Of a stretch of 32,000 bases of DNA, positions 9,246 to 17,671 are shown piece after piece. The DNA is from Candidatus Saccharimonadota bacterium. GTDB lineage: Bacteria > Patescibacteriota > Microgenomatia > UBA1406 > GWC2-37-13. Numbering within the stretch: the stretch's first letter is position 1; the number at the start of each line of letters is the position of its first letter. The stretch covers positions 600,001-632,000 of the forward strand of contig MGBH01000001.1 of the NCBI GenBank assembly GCA_001790095.1, in the 5' to 3' direction. The notes beneath the pieces are model-generated. The model was not told where the DNA came from. It worked only from the letters and a program-made list of their open reading frames with translations, and ran no database searches. The position numbers and the translations under genes were made by a program.

Positions 9246-10755
9246 GATTTATTTTATATACATTTACTAAAGAGACACCGTCTCTTTTAACTTGATATAT
9301 GATCTTTCCGTTCACCCCCCTATTATCCTGAAATCTATCCCAACATATGACATAATCAGCGCCCTTCTTGTTATCAGCCAATCTCATTTTGTTACTGAAA
9401 TGATAGGATGCTGAATACGAGGTTCCACACACATTGATCGTAACAGCTTGAGATGATTTGTTCGCAATATTGTCACGTATCCATAAGGTGGCCTCCCTGT
9501 TTGCAGCACCCCAATAATCAGTTTCAAACTTTCCACTGGCTCCCCTTACCCCTCCAATTAATTCATTAAAGTATACATACTCAAAAGGATGTAGGCGCAC
9601 ATAGCTCATAGCAATCAAAATAAAATTTGCAATCACAATTATTCCAAAAAATAACCCCACTCTTTTATGTTTTTTCAATAGATATATGAGTCCGGTGACA
9701 GAAAGCAGTATAAGCTGCGGGAGAAAATAAAGAAAGTGACGTATCCCGTCATAGATCACTGGTTTTATTAAAATAAACATGAGGATATTTACTCCTAAAG
9801 AAATAAGGAGTAGCTGAACAAGTCTTTCTTTGTGACCTTTTACTATTCCGATGGGAATAAGGGGAATGATGACACAAGGCAAGGTGATCAGAAACCAAAC
9901 AGGAAGATAAAGCCAGGGCAGCTGTTTGGGCAGGAAAAGATTTCCGAAAAATAAAATACTTTTATCCCATCCGTTGTTGCTTGTCATTTTTATAAGATCA
10001 ATAAAATGATTGATCGGATCAGCTCCAAGATAGGGGACTGAAAATACATGGATAAGTAGTCCGATGCATAGGATCAAAAACGTTTCAAAAAACATGTCAA
10101 CCAATATCTTTTTTTTATACCTGATGTTTTTCTGATTAAATATGGACAATAAACTAAAAATAAGAAATACAGGATATATAGTATAACCAACCAATCGGGC
10201 AGATTGTGTCAGCCCAAATGAAATACCAAGTATAAGTATTCTCGCCTTGTCGTTCCACTCTTGAGAAAGAAAAATAAGAGAAAGAGAGAGAAAATACAGG
10301 ACTGCAAACGGTATATCTTTTGGATTAGAGGGGATATCCCCAAAAAACCGAGGAGTAAAAACTAAAAATATGGGTCCTAATAAAGCATAATATATATTCT
10401 TTGTTTCGCTAAGCAACACTTCATAAAGTGCGATAAAGATAAGAGAAACAAATATAAAATTAAGGAGATGATACCGTTCAAAACTTTCCCCGCTGTTAAG
10501 TTGATAAAGAAAAGCGGGATACGTATTGTTGTAATAGATCATTTCATTGCTCCCTCTAGGTATCACAAAATCCTTTTGAAGAGTTTGATCGTTGCCGCGG
10601 ACTTTTATATAGAGAAGCTTTCCTCGTAAATACACATCTCTCTCATCAAACGTAATACCGTATTGTTTATAGGTAAGTAGAGCGAAGATAAAGTAACATA
10701 TGAGAAATATAAAAAGAGGAATCCTTAGTTTTAAGAGAGAGATTGTTCTCTTCAT
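9238..10755 (-). CDS. GT-C fold membrane glycosyltransferase (PMT_2/ArnT-like)
   Basis: 505 aa and polytopic. The first loop, YGITFDERDVYLRG, carries a DE-type acidic motif. A C-terminal soluble domain is present. The start overlaps the GT2 stop by 4 nt. Confidence 0.6.
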   Translation of the reverse strand: MKRTISLLKLRIPLFIFLICYFIFALLTYKQYGITFDERDVYLRGKLLYIKVRGNDQTLQKDFVIPRGSNEMIYYNNTYPAFLYQLNSGESFERYHLLNFIFVSLIFIALYEVLLSETKNIYYALLGPIFLVFTPRFFGDIPSNPKDIPFAVLYFLSLSLIFLSQEWNDKARILILGISFGLTQSARLVGYTIYPVFLIFSLLSIFNQKNIRYKKKILVDMFFETFLILCIGLLIHVFSVPYLGADPINHFIDLIKMTSNNGWDKSILFFGNLFLPKQLPWLYLPVWFLITLPCVIIPLIPIGIVKGHKERLVQLLLISLGVNILMFILIKPVIYDGIRHFLYFLPQLILLSVTGLIYLLKKHKRVGLFFGIIVIANFILIAMSYVRLHPFEYVYFNELIGGVRGASGKFETDYWGAANREATLWIRDNIANKSSQAVTINVCGTSYSASYHFSNKMRLADNKKGADYVICWDRFQDNRGVNGKIIYQVKRDGVSLVNVYKINHD

Positions 10756-11486
10756 CTTGCAAACAGATTAAAATATACTATCTCCCATAGTGCCCGCACT
10801 CCATCACGCCACCCAATCTTTTTACCTTCAGAGTAGGTGCGCCCCGCATAAGAAATACCAACTTCATAGATCTTTACCTCCTTAATCTTTGAGATTCGTG
10901 CAGTTATCTCTGGTTCAAAACCAAACCGCTGAGTTATAAGATGGGGGGCAATCTTACGGATAAGGGTGCCTTTAAAAACCTTAAACCCTGTCTCCATATC
11001 AGTCAGATTAAGATTGGTGAACATATTTGAGAGCATGGTTAAAAATTTGTTTATCACCGAGTGCCAGAAATACAAGACTCTGTGTGGTCGATCAGAGATA
11101 AACCGTGAACCATATACCACATCCGCCTCCCTGTTTAGAAAAGGTCCAATCAGGGTCGGATAATCTGACGGATCATATTCAAGGTCAGCATCCTGTACCA
11201 AAACAATGTCTCCCGTTGTTTTTCTAAACCCATTCTTAAGCGCCGCTCCTTTTCCTTCATTGTTCTTTTTGAAAATAGTATAGATAACATAGTTTTGCTT
11301 TATCTTTATACTTGCTACTTTCTTCTTTATACTTTCTACTGTCTTATCCGTTGAGCCATCATCAACTACTATAATCTCTTTTTTTAAGCCAAGAGTGTCA
11401 GCAGAGATTACTTTTGTGATGGTTTGAGTAATAAGTTTCTCTTCGTTATAGACGGGGATGATGATGGAGATCGTTTTGTAGCCCAT
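10752..11486 (-). CDS. GT2 polyprenol-phosphate glycosyltransferase (Dpm1/CsbB-like, no C-terminal TM helices)
   Basis: Motifs present are ISIIIPVYNEEKLI, VVDDGSTDKT and VQDADLEYDP (DxD). The protein is 244 aa. Confidence 0.8.
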   Translation of the reverse strand: MGYKTISIIIPVYNEEKLITQTITKVISADTLGLKKEIIVVDDGSTDKTVESIKKKVASIKIKQNYVIYTIFKKNNEGKGAALKNGFRKTTGDIVLVQDADLEYDPSDYPTLIGPFLNREADVVYGSRFISDRPHRVLYFWHSVINKFLTMLSNMFTNLNLTDMETGFKVFKGTLIRKIAPHLITQRFGFEPEITARISKIKEVKIYEVGISYAGRTYSEGKKIGWRDGVRALWEIVYFNLFAR

Positions 11487-11495
11487 AATTCACCC

Positions 11496-11504
11496 ATTAT
11501 AACA
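11496..11504 (-). promoter_or_regulatory. Extended -10 element (TGtTATAAT on the minus strand) between the MFS stop and the GT2 start
   Basis: The reverse complement of 11496-11504 reads tgttataat. It lies 9 nt upstream of the GT2 ATG at 11486. Confidence 0.3.
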
Positions 11505-11506
11505 AA

Positions 11507-12667
11507 TTAGGTCTTTTTTAGTTTCACCTGCAGATAAAAAAATACTATCGCAAAGACTCCTGAGGCCAAGAAAAAAGGCATGTCCTTTCCCATTCGAAAA
11601 AAAACTTCTCCTCCTATAATGGGACCAAATATACGACCCAAGCCTCCGGCAGACTGCAAAAATCCAAGTGTTCCGCCATATTCTTCTTTGGGTATATTTT
11701 CCGAAGCAAGAGCTTGTATAGCGGGATTTGCCATACTATTGCCAAGCACAATTAAAAACTGAGTAACAAATAAAAAAGACGCAATCGGGATAAGAGGCAT
11801 CAAGAATAAACCAAAAAATAGAAAGAGACATGAATATTTCAAAAGTTTTTTTTCATGGAACCGTTTTATCAAAATAGGAAGTAGTTGTAACTGGAAAATA
11901 ACCGCAAGTATACCAATATAGGCAAAGAAAAAACCATTTTCCGTTGGACCAAAACCAAATTTCGCCTGTGTCCACAGTGCAAAGTTACCCTGGAGTATTG
12001 AAAAAGCACTGTTGAGAAGAAAGAACACAATAATAAGATATCCAATCGTCTCGCTCATCAGTATTTTCTTCATTTCAACAAACGTAAAGGCAGTTCTTTT
12101 GGTATGGGCAGCTTTTACTACGTTTATCGTCTCCGGCAGAAAAAAATAGGTACACAGGACCGTAACAAGCGATACAAAGACTGCAAAATAAGCAGGGTAA
12201 CTATATCCAAACCGTGCTAAAAATCCGCCCAATGCCGGGCCGAATATAAATCCCATTCCGAAAGCGGCTCCGATCATGCCCATTCCCTTTGCTCTATTTT
12301 CTTTTGTGGTTACATCTGCAATATAGGCCTGAGCTATTGAAATATTCCCACCTGTCAATCCGTCGATAATGCGGGATAAAAAAAGAATAGGTAAACTTGT
12401 TGCCCAACCCAACAGAAGATAACCGACAGCACTACCAAGTTGCGATATAATAAGAAGTTTTTTTCTGCCGAAACGATCAGAAAGCCTGCCTAAAACAGGA
12501 GCGGCCAAAAGCTGGAACAACGAGTAGGTCGCACTAAGAAATCCAATTTGCGCAGGATTAGCAGAAAAGCGCTCGGCTATAAAGGGAAGAAGAGGTAGTA
12601 TGATACCAAAACCTAGTAAGTCGACAAAAACGATAAGAAAAATGGCCAATAGCGGTTTGTTTTTCAT
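11507..12667 (-). CDS. MFS transporter (TetA/multidrug-efflux-like)
   Basis: 386 aa with about 12 helices. MFS motif A, GRLSDRFGRKKLL, sits between TM2 and TM3. Confidence 0.8.
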   Translation of the reverse strand: MKNKPLLAIFLIVFVDLLGFGIILPLLPFIAERFSANPAQIGFLSATYSLFQLLAAPVLGRLSDRFGRKKLLIISQLGSAVGYLLLGWATSLPILFLSRIIDGLTGGNISIAQAYIADVTTKENRAKGMGMIGAAFGMGFIFGPALGGFLARFGYSYPAYFAVFVSLVTVLCTYFFLPETINVVKAAHTKRTAFTFVEMKKILMSETIGYLIIVFFLLNSAFSILQGNFALWTQAKFGFGPTENGFFFAYIGILAVIFQLQLLPILIKRFHEKKLLKYSCLFLFFGLFLMPLIPIASFLFVTQFLIVLGNSMANPAIQALASENIPKEEYGGTLGFLQSAGGLGRIFGPIIGGEVFFRMGKDMPFFLASGVFAIVFFYLQVKLKKT

Positions 12668-14061
12668 AGAGGAAATATCAGTGTAACAGATGTTCCATCT
12701 TCAGGTTTTGAATCTACGATTATCTTAACCTCATACTCATCACAAATCTGCTTAATAAGGCTTAAGCCCAAACCGTATCCTTTTATGGTATTGTGAGTCT
12801 TTTTACCACGGTAGAATCTTTCAAACATCTTGCTCTTTTCTTCTTCCGTCATGCCAATTCCGTGATCTTGAATCGTGATCTGCCGTTTTGCTTCGTTGAT
12901 CTTTATATAGATGGTTGAATCATTTGAAGAATATTTCACTGCATTGGACATAAGATTTGCGAATATCATAATCGCATATTCCTTTGGAACTGGAATTATA
13001 AACCTCGATGATGTCTCATGATGAAGCTCGATTCTTTTTTTGTGCAAACTGTCAATGTATTTATCCATAACAAAACTTAATACATTCTGAAGTATTACTG
13101 ATCCCTGCGGCATCGCTCCTTCTTTAATCCTTGCCAAAAGCAACAATTTTTCAATAAGGTTATTTATCTCCAGAAGATCCTGTTTGATGAGATGAAGATC
13201 GTCTTTGGGCAATGCTCGATCTGTCATCATAACGTCAAGAGAAGTGATCGCGCGGGTAAGCGGAGTTTTGAGCTCATGAGATGCATTACCGATAAACTCC
13301 TTTTGCCGCAATGACATATCGTTAAGTCGTTCCAACATATCGTTAAATTTGTCAGCCAACAATACAAACTCATCGTCAGGATGACCATCAAGGTGAACCT
13401 TTTTTTCCAATCGATTTAAATCTGTTGCTTCAAAAGCACGAACAATCTTTAGAATTGGTTTAAAGGAAGAATTTATCGCGATATATCCTAAGAAAAAACT
13501 TCCCAAAAGCCCGACACCTCCAAGCACGGCAAGAACTACAAATACATTTGTCATCATCGTATCCAATCCCACAAGCGACTTCGCAAGTACAACTGATCCG
13601 ACACGCTGACCCCTAGATTTAAGGGGAGTTATAAAGGATAAATACTGAATATTATTCCAATAAAAATTCTCTTCGTTTACCTTTTCTATTTTGTTGGCGT
13701 TTGCAATGAGCGTATTTAAATTTTCAACTTCTTTGTTATTTTTTATCTGAGATTCAAATGCACCATATGCCCGCATAACTTTGTTTTCTTTGTCTAAAAA
13801 AAGGGCGCTGACTGAATCACTAAAGAGATTTAAGCGTAATGTATCGCCAGCTTTATCCTTTTTAAAAAAAATTCCCGCCTGATCGATACCAATATGTTCT
13901 TCAACTACCTCACCAAGCTCATGAATAAGGTCCTGTCTTAATTGATATACGTATACGTATCTGAAAACACTAATAAAAAGGGTAGCCAATACCACAAGAA
14001 AGAGAAAAAAATACAAAGTAAAAATAAAGATCAGTTTGTGTTTTGCCTTTATGTTTCGCAT
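12664..14061 (-). CDS. Sensor histidine kinase (two TM helices, extracytoplasmic sensor, HAMP, HisKA, HATPase_c)
   Basis: The H-box is NASHELKTPLT and the N-box is NLMSNAVKYS. The G-boxes are QDHGIGM and GYGLGLSL. An approximately 130 aa loop lies between the two hydrophobic segments. Confidence 0.9.
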   Translation of the reverse strand: MRNIKAKHKLIFIFTLYFFLFLVVLATLFISVFRYVYVYQLRQDLIHELGEVVEEHIGIDQAGIFFKKDKAGDTLRLNLFSDSVSALFLDKENKVMRAYGAFESQIKNNKEVENLNTLIANANKIEKVNEENFYWNNIQYLSFITPLKSRGQRVGSVVLAKSLVGLDTMMTNVFVVLAVLGGVGLLGSFFLGYIAINSSFKPILKIVRAFEATDLNRLEKKVHLDGHPDDEFVLLADKFNDMLERLNDMSLRQKEFIGNASHELKTPLTRAITSLDVMMTDRALPKDDLHLIKQDLLEINNLIEKLLLLARIKEGAMPQGSVILQNVLSFVMDKYIDSLHKKRIELHHETSSRFIIPVPKEYAIMIFANLMSNAVKYSSNDSTIYIKINEAKRQITIQDHGIGMTEEEKSKMFERFYRGKKTHNTIKGYGLGLSLIKQICDEYEVKIIVDSKPEDGTSVTLIFPL

Positions 14062-14723
14062 AACATGTATCCTTTATTTATGACGGTTTTTATAAGAGTG
14101 GTTTTATAGGGAACATCTATCTTCATCCTCAAATATCGTATGTGTACATCGACCGTATTTGACAATTCATCAACCCTCTCTCCCCAAACATGTTCAAGTA
14201 GCTCCATCCTGTCAATAACTCTGCATTTGTGTATTATAAGATACTCTAGCAAATCGTATTCCTTTGGTGCTAAACGAACGATATTACCTCTTTGTGTTAC
14301 TGTTCTTTTATTGGTATCAAGGACCAAGTCTTTTACTTCTAAAATGGGTGATGATACGATTCTTGCACTTCGTTTAATAAGTGCCCTTATCCTTGCCAAA
14401 AGTACATCCATCGAAAAGGGTTTAGCAAGATAGTCGTCTGCTCCCTTTTCAAGACCTTCAACAATATCTTCATTCTGACTCTTTGCGGTTAACATGATTA
14501 TGGGAAAGTATTTTTTTTTCATTCTAAGCTCATAACACACTTCAATCCCTTGCTTGTCAGGAAGCATCCAGTCAAGAATAATAAGATCATATACCTGTAT
14601 ATCTACCTGAGAAAGACCATTCTCTGCAGAATGCTCTAAATCTACTACATAATGGTTCTCCTCAAGAATTTTTTTGATGTTTGTAGCTATGCGTACATCA
14701 TCTTCTATGATGAGAATCCTCAT
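14049..14723 (-). CDS. OmpR/PhoB-family response regulator
   Basis: The receiver domain reads MRILIIEDD...DLIILDWMLPD...LTAK. The winged-helix C-terminus reads LAPKEYDLLEYL...VDVHIRYLRMKI. It overlaps the kinase start by 13 nt. Confidence 0.9.
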   Translation of the reverse strand: MRILIIEDDVRIATNIKKILEENHYVVDLEHSAENGLSQVDIQVYDLIILDWMLPDKQGIEVCYELRMKKKYFPIIMLTAKSQNEDIVEGLEKGADDYLAKPFSMDVLLARIRALIKRSARIVSSPILEVKDLVLDTNKRTVTQRGNIVRLAPKEYDLLEYLIIHKCRVIDRMELLEHVWGERVDELSNTVDVHIRYLRMKIDVPYKTTLIKTVINKGYMLCET

Positions 14724-14726
14724 GGG

Positions 14727-15110
14727 TTATTGTATCAAAAACTGTTGTAATTGAGCATAGGCATCGGGTGAGTGGTCTTTACCTTGATCGTCTTGTGTTT
14801 GAAAGGCTTGAGTTGCATCTTTCCCGCAATATTTCTCCAACTCCTGATCGCCACCCGGATGAGATCCAAAGTACGTAGAAACATTATAGATATGCCCCTC
14901 TAAAGCTATCCAACAGTCAGACCTCATATTGTGCATATGCAACTCTCCGAATATGTCCCTTATGGTTGGTACAGTTACCTGCCTCACTTTTCTCTTTACT
15001 ATTGGTGCTTGTTTATTTTGTACCGTCGCAAGTATCAGCAAAACCAAGAAAAAAACAGCAAAGTTAATAATGCTAATTTGAGATAGCTGTCTGAGATAGC
15101 GATTACTCAT
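14727..15110 (-). CDS. Membrane-anchored cytochrome b5-like haem-binding domain protein
   Basis: An N-terminal basic stretch and a hydrophobic helix come first. Then comes DCWIALEGHIYNVSTYFGSHPGGDQELEKYCGKDATQAF...GKDHSPDAY. Both the HPGG histidine and the distal HS histidine of cytochrome b5 are present. The start overlaps the NOX-like stop by 4 nt. Confidence 0.8.
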   Translation of the reverse strand: MSNRYLRQLSQISIINFAVFFLVLLILATVQNKQAPIVKRKVRQVTVPTIRDIFGELHMHNMRSDCWIALEGHIYNVSTYFGSHPGGDQELEKYCGKDATQAFQTQDDQGKDHSPDAYAQLQQFLIQ

Positions 15111-16444
15111 ACCATTTGAAACCTTTCAAATAACACCCTGTTTTCATCAACATCTATCTCCCTAAATTGGTTCTGAAGATTATCGATCATAGTCCCTGGT
15201 CCACATATCTGCACATCATAATTATGATACTTTTCCAAAATTTCAAGCACTTTGTTAACACTGAACCTTCCCTTTTCTGCCGAACACCATTCATAGGCCT
15301 CAATTGATTTCTTTTCACTGATTAATCGTTTTATTTCATCAGAAAAAATGGCTTCTTCTTTTGTGCTAAAGCAATAGAAAAGCAATATCTTTCTTTCTTC
15401 AATAAGCTGTGAGTGGTGCCGTAACATACTTAAAAATGGAGTAACTCCTATACCTCCCACTATCCATACTAATGGCTTTTTCCCCTCAATATATACATCC
15501 CCAAACTTGCCATAAGGTCCTTTCAAATACATTCTGTCTCCAACTCTTAAAAAGGGGAGCTTTACCGTATAGTCCCCAAACATCTTAGCCGTAATCCTTA
15601 TCTCCTTTTCCTCCGGAGCAGAGGAAAAACTGTAAGGATGCTGCTCACTTCCTAACTTTTCATTTGAAAAACTGATATAGGCAAACTGTCCTGGGACAAA
15701 CTCAATTTTTTTGCGAATGGGTTTTGCATAAATATTCACAACATCTAGCACTCGATCTAGTTTTGTAATCTCGTATGTAAAAAGCGGACCGATTATGTCA
15801 TAAAATATTAATATATAGATAAATCCTAAAAAACCCAATATAATCCAACCGATCATCCAAACCCTTAAGGGTAGAAAAACTGCAATATCGCTTGTAATAA
15901 GAAGGGCATGTGTAGCCCCCATAATACCTGCAAACCCCATCGTCGTATGTAGCCCTTTCCACACATGATAGGGGAGTCGGATAAAAACAATAAATAATAA
16001 GCCCGTAATCATGACATATAAAGCAAAAATGCCAAGATTATAGGGTAGAAAACTACCCGGGATCATGTATTGAAGAGCTAAAGATATGTTGGGTAATGCT
16101 TTAACAGCTAAGAGAAGCGGGTGATTGATTAGGAGCACAAATGATACGCTGCCAATGATATGATGCATTCCGTACACCCTATCTAACCCTCCAAAAAAAT
16201 CCTCAACCTTCCTAATACGAGTTGTAAGTATTAAAGATGTCATCATAAGAAGCAGACCTATGAGAGAAAAGATTTGACTCAATGATAAAAGGGGATTATC
16301 TAAAATTTCAGAAAAGGATGTCTTTGAAAAGAACCATAGAATTATAGTTATAAAAACCGAGGCAAAGATGATGTTTTTACCTTTATTAGTTTTCATAAGT
16401 GAATATGCAGCGTCTTGAATGTTTATACTATTAAGACGCTGCAT
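15107..16444 (-). CDS. NOX/FRE-family flavocytochrome: ferric-reductase transmembrane domain fused to an FAD/NAD(P)H-binding dehydrogenase domain
   Basis: His pairs sit in two helices: MHHIIGSVSFVLLINH and LHTTMGFAGIMGATH. By my count they have 13 and 12 intervening residues, the spacing I recall for gp91phox-type bis-haem sites. The FAD motif is HPYSFSS, the NAD(P)H motif is GGIGVTPF and the C-terminal motif is ICGPGTM. Confidence 0.85.
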   Translation of the reverse strand: MQRLNSINIQDAAYSLMKTNKGKNIIFASVFITIILWFFSKTSFSEILDNPLLSLSQIFSLIGLLLMMTSLILTTRIRKVEDFFGGLDRVYGMHHIIGSVSFVLLINHPLLLAVKALPNISLALQYMIPGSFLPYNLGIFALYVMITGLLFIVFIRLPYHVWKGLHTTMGFAGIMGATHALLITSDIAVFLPLRVWMIGWIILGFLGFIYILIFYDIIGPLFTYEITKLDRVLDVVNIYAKPIRKKIEFVPGQFAYISFSNEKLGSEQHPYSFSSAPEEKEIRITAKMFGDYTVKLPFLRVGDRMYLKGPYGKFGDVYIEGKKPLVWIVGGIGVTPFLSMLRHHSQLIEERKILLFYCFSTKEEAIFSDEIKRLISEKKSIEAYEWCSAEKGRFSVNKVLEILEKYHNYDVQICGPGTMIDNLQNQFREIDVDENRVLFERFQMV

Positions 16445-16465
16445 ATATAAGTTTTACGAATTAAT

Positions 16466-17071
16466 TTATGAGATGCTTAACTGTATAATATTCCTCATAA
16501 ATGATTCCATACGTTCTTTTTCTTCTTCATTATGATCTTCATCTCTTTCTTCATCGCGGTCTTTCTCATGTTCCTCATCATCCCTCTTATCATTTTTTTT
16601 AGAAGAAGATGAGTTTGTACTTGAACTACTACTCGTCGTCCCCCCTGATGTAACTAGATACTGTTGCATGCGATTAAGATTTGTACCATGTTTACCTTGA
16701 TAGTCTGTAGTCATATCGATCCCGCAGGTAAAAATATCCCCACCTGAATGATTGCCTTTAAGCGATGTCACATCATACTGATTACCAAACAATGTGACAA
16801 TACACCTTGTATCGGTATCTCTTGATATACTACTGACTGAGGAGCTTGAGCTTTGTATACTTGAAGACACTGAACTTGAGCCTTCTGATTTTGAAACCTC
16901 CTCTTCTTCGATGTCTTGCCTAATCTCAGGTACCTTAAGGCTACCTGTATTTAGATTATTTGCTACCTTAGCCATACCTAGAGCGGTGGTTGAAACCGTT
17001 GCTCCGGTAAGCACAGTAACTCCTATCACCGAAATGAGATTTTTAGTTAAAAAAGCTAAAAGTTTTTGCAT
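16466..17071 (-). CDS. Membrane-anchored cytochrome b5-like domain protein with Ser-rich linkers and an acidic/His-rich tail
   Basis: It has an N-terminal hydrophobic anchor. The b5-like core reads CIVTLFGNQYDVTSLKGNHSGGDIFTCGIDMTTDYQGKHG, with HSGG in place of HPGG. The core is flanked by poly-Ser tracts. The tail reads KKNDKRDDEEHEKDRDEERDEDHNEEEKER. Confidence 0.65.
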   Translation of the reverse strand: MQKLLAFLTKNLISVIGVTVLTGATVSTTALGMAKVANNLNTGSLKVPEIRQDIEEEEVSKSEGSSSVSSSIQSSSSSVSSISRDTDTRCIVTLFGNQYDVTSLKGNHSGGDIFTCGIDMTTDYQGKHGTNLNRMQQYLVTSGGTTSSSSSTNSSSSKKNDKRDDEEHEKDRDEERDEDHNEEEKERMESFMRNIIQLSIS

Positions 17072-17133
17072 ATTTATAAAGGAATAGAAAATGATAATAT
17101 AATCATTTTATAGACCAATAGATTAAGAACAGG

Positions 17134-17589
17134 TTAAGAAACAGACAAAAGATCTATATCTCTTAATACTTCCTCTGCATGATTCAATACGTTTACGTGT
17201 TGATACTCTTTTTTTATCGTTCCATCAGGCCCTATGATATATGTTTTGCGAAGAACACCCTCAAAACCTTTACCCAACACCGTTTTTATTCCCCATGCAT
17301 CATATGCCTTTATCGTCTCCTTTGATTCATCACTTAAAAGAGGAAAAGTTATCACGTGTTTTTTCGCAAATTCTCTGTGCGAATCAACAGAATCCTTTGA
17401 TATGCCAAGCACAACAACGTTTCTTTTCTTTAGTTCTTCACTTTTATCTCTAAATCCGCATGCTTCAGCGATACATCCCGGCGTGTTGTCTTTGGGATAA
17501 AAATAGAGAACAATCCATTTGCCTTTATAATCTGAAAGGGTATGAACCTTACCCATTTGATCTGGTAAAGAAAAGGTGGGAGCCTTCAT
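17134..17589 (-). CDS. bcp: Peroxiredoxin, Bcp/PrxQ type (AhpC/TSA family)
   Basis: 151 aa. WIVLYFYPKDNTPGCIAEACGFRD contains the peroxidatic Cys in a PxxxTxxC-like context, plus a second Cys five residues later. Confidence 0.85.
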   Translation of the reverse strand: MKAPTFSLPDQMGKVHTLSDYKGKWIVLYFYPKDNTPGCIAEACGFRDKSEELKKRNVVVLGISKDSVDSHREFAKKHVITFPLLSDESKETIKAYDAWGIKTVLGKGFEGVLRKTYIIGPDGTIKKEYQHVNVLNHAEEVLRDIDLLSVS

Positions 17590-17616
17590 ATATATTACAA
17601 AATTAGTAATAGTTTA

Positions 17617-17643
17617 AGTATATCATACTACGAAGTATGTCAA
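17617..17643 (-). promoter_or_regulatory. Candidate sigma-70 promoter for the bcp-led gene string (TTGACA-N15-TATACT on the minus strand)
   Basis: The reverse complement of 17638-17643 is TTGACA and that of 17617-17622 is TATACT. The spacer is 15 nt and the site is about 27 nt upstream of the bcp ATG. Confidence 0.35.
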
Positions 17644-17656
17644 GGATAAAAAAATC

Positions 17657-17665
17657 TGCTATAGT
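17657..17665 (+). promoter_or_regulatory. Extended -10 element TGcTATAGT six nt upstream of the mntP ATG; possible leaderless transcript
   Basis: tgctatagt was read directly. The hexamer ends at 17665 and the ATG is at 17672. No SD sequence is visible. Confidence 0.35.
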
Positions 17666-17671
17666 AATGTG

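Noticed and set aside
17590-17668. Possible yybP-ykoY manganese riboswitch upstream of mntP
   Set aside because: The intergenic region is only 79-82 nt (17590 to the mntP start) and very AT-rich. I could not find the conserved GGGGAGUAG-type core or a four-way junction. The -10 element sits 6 nt from the ATG, leaving no room for a leader.
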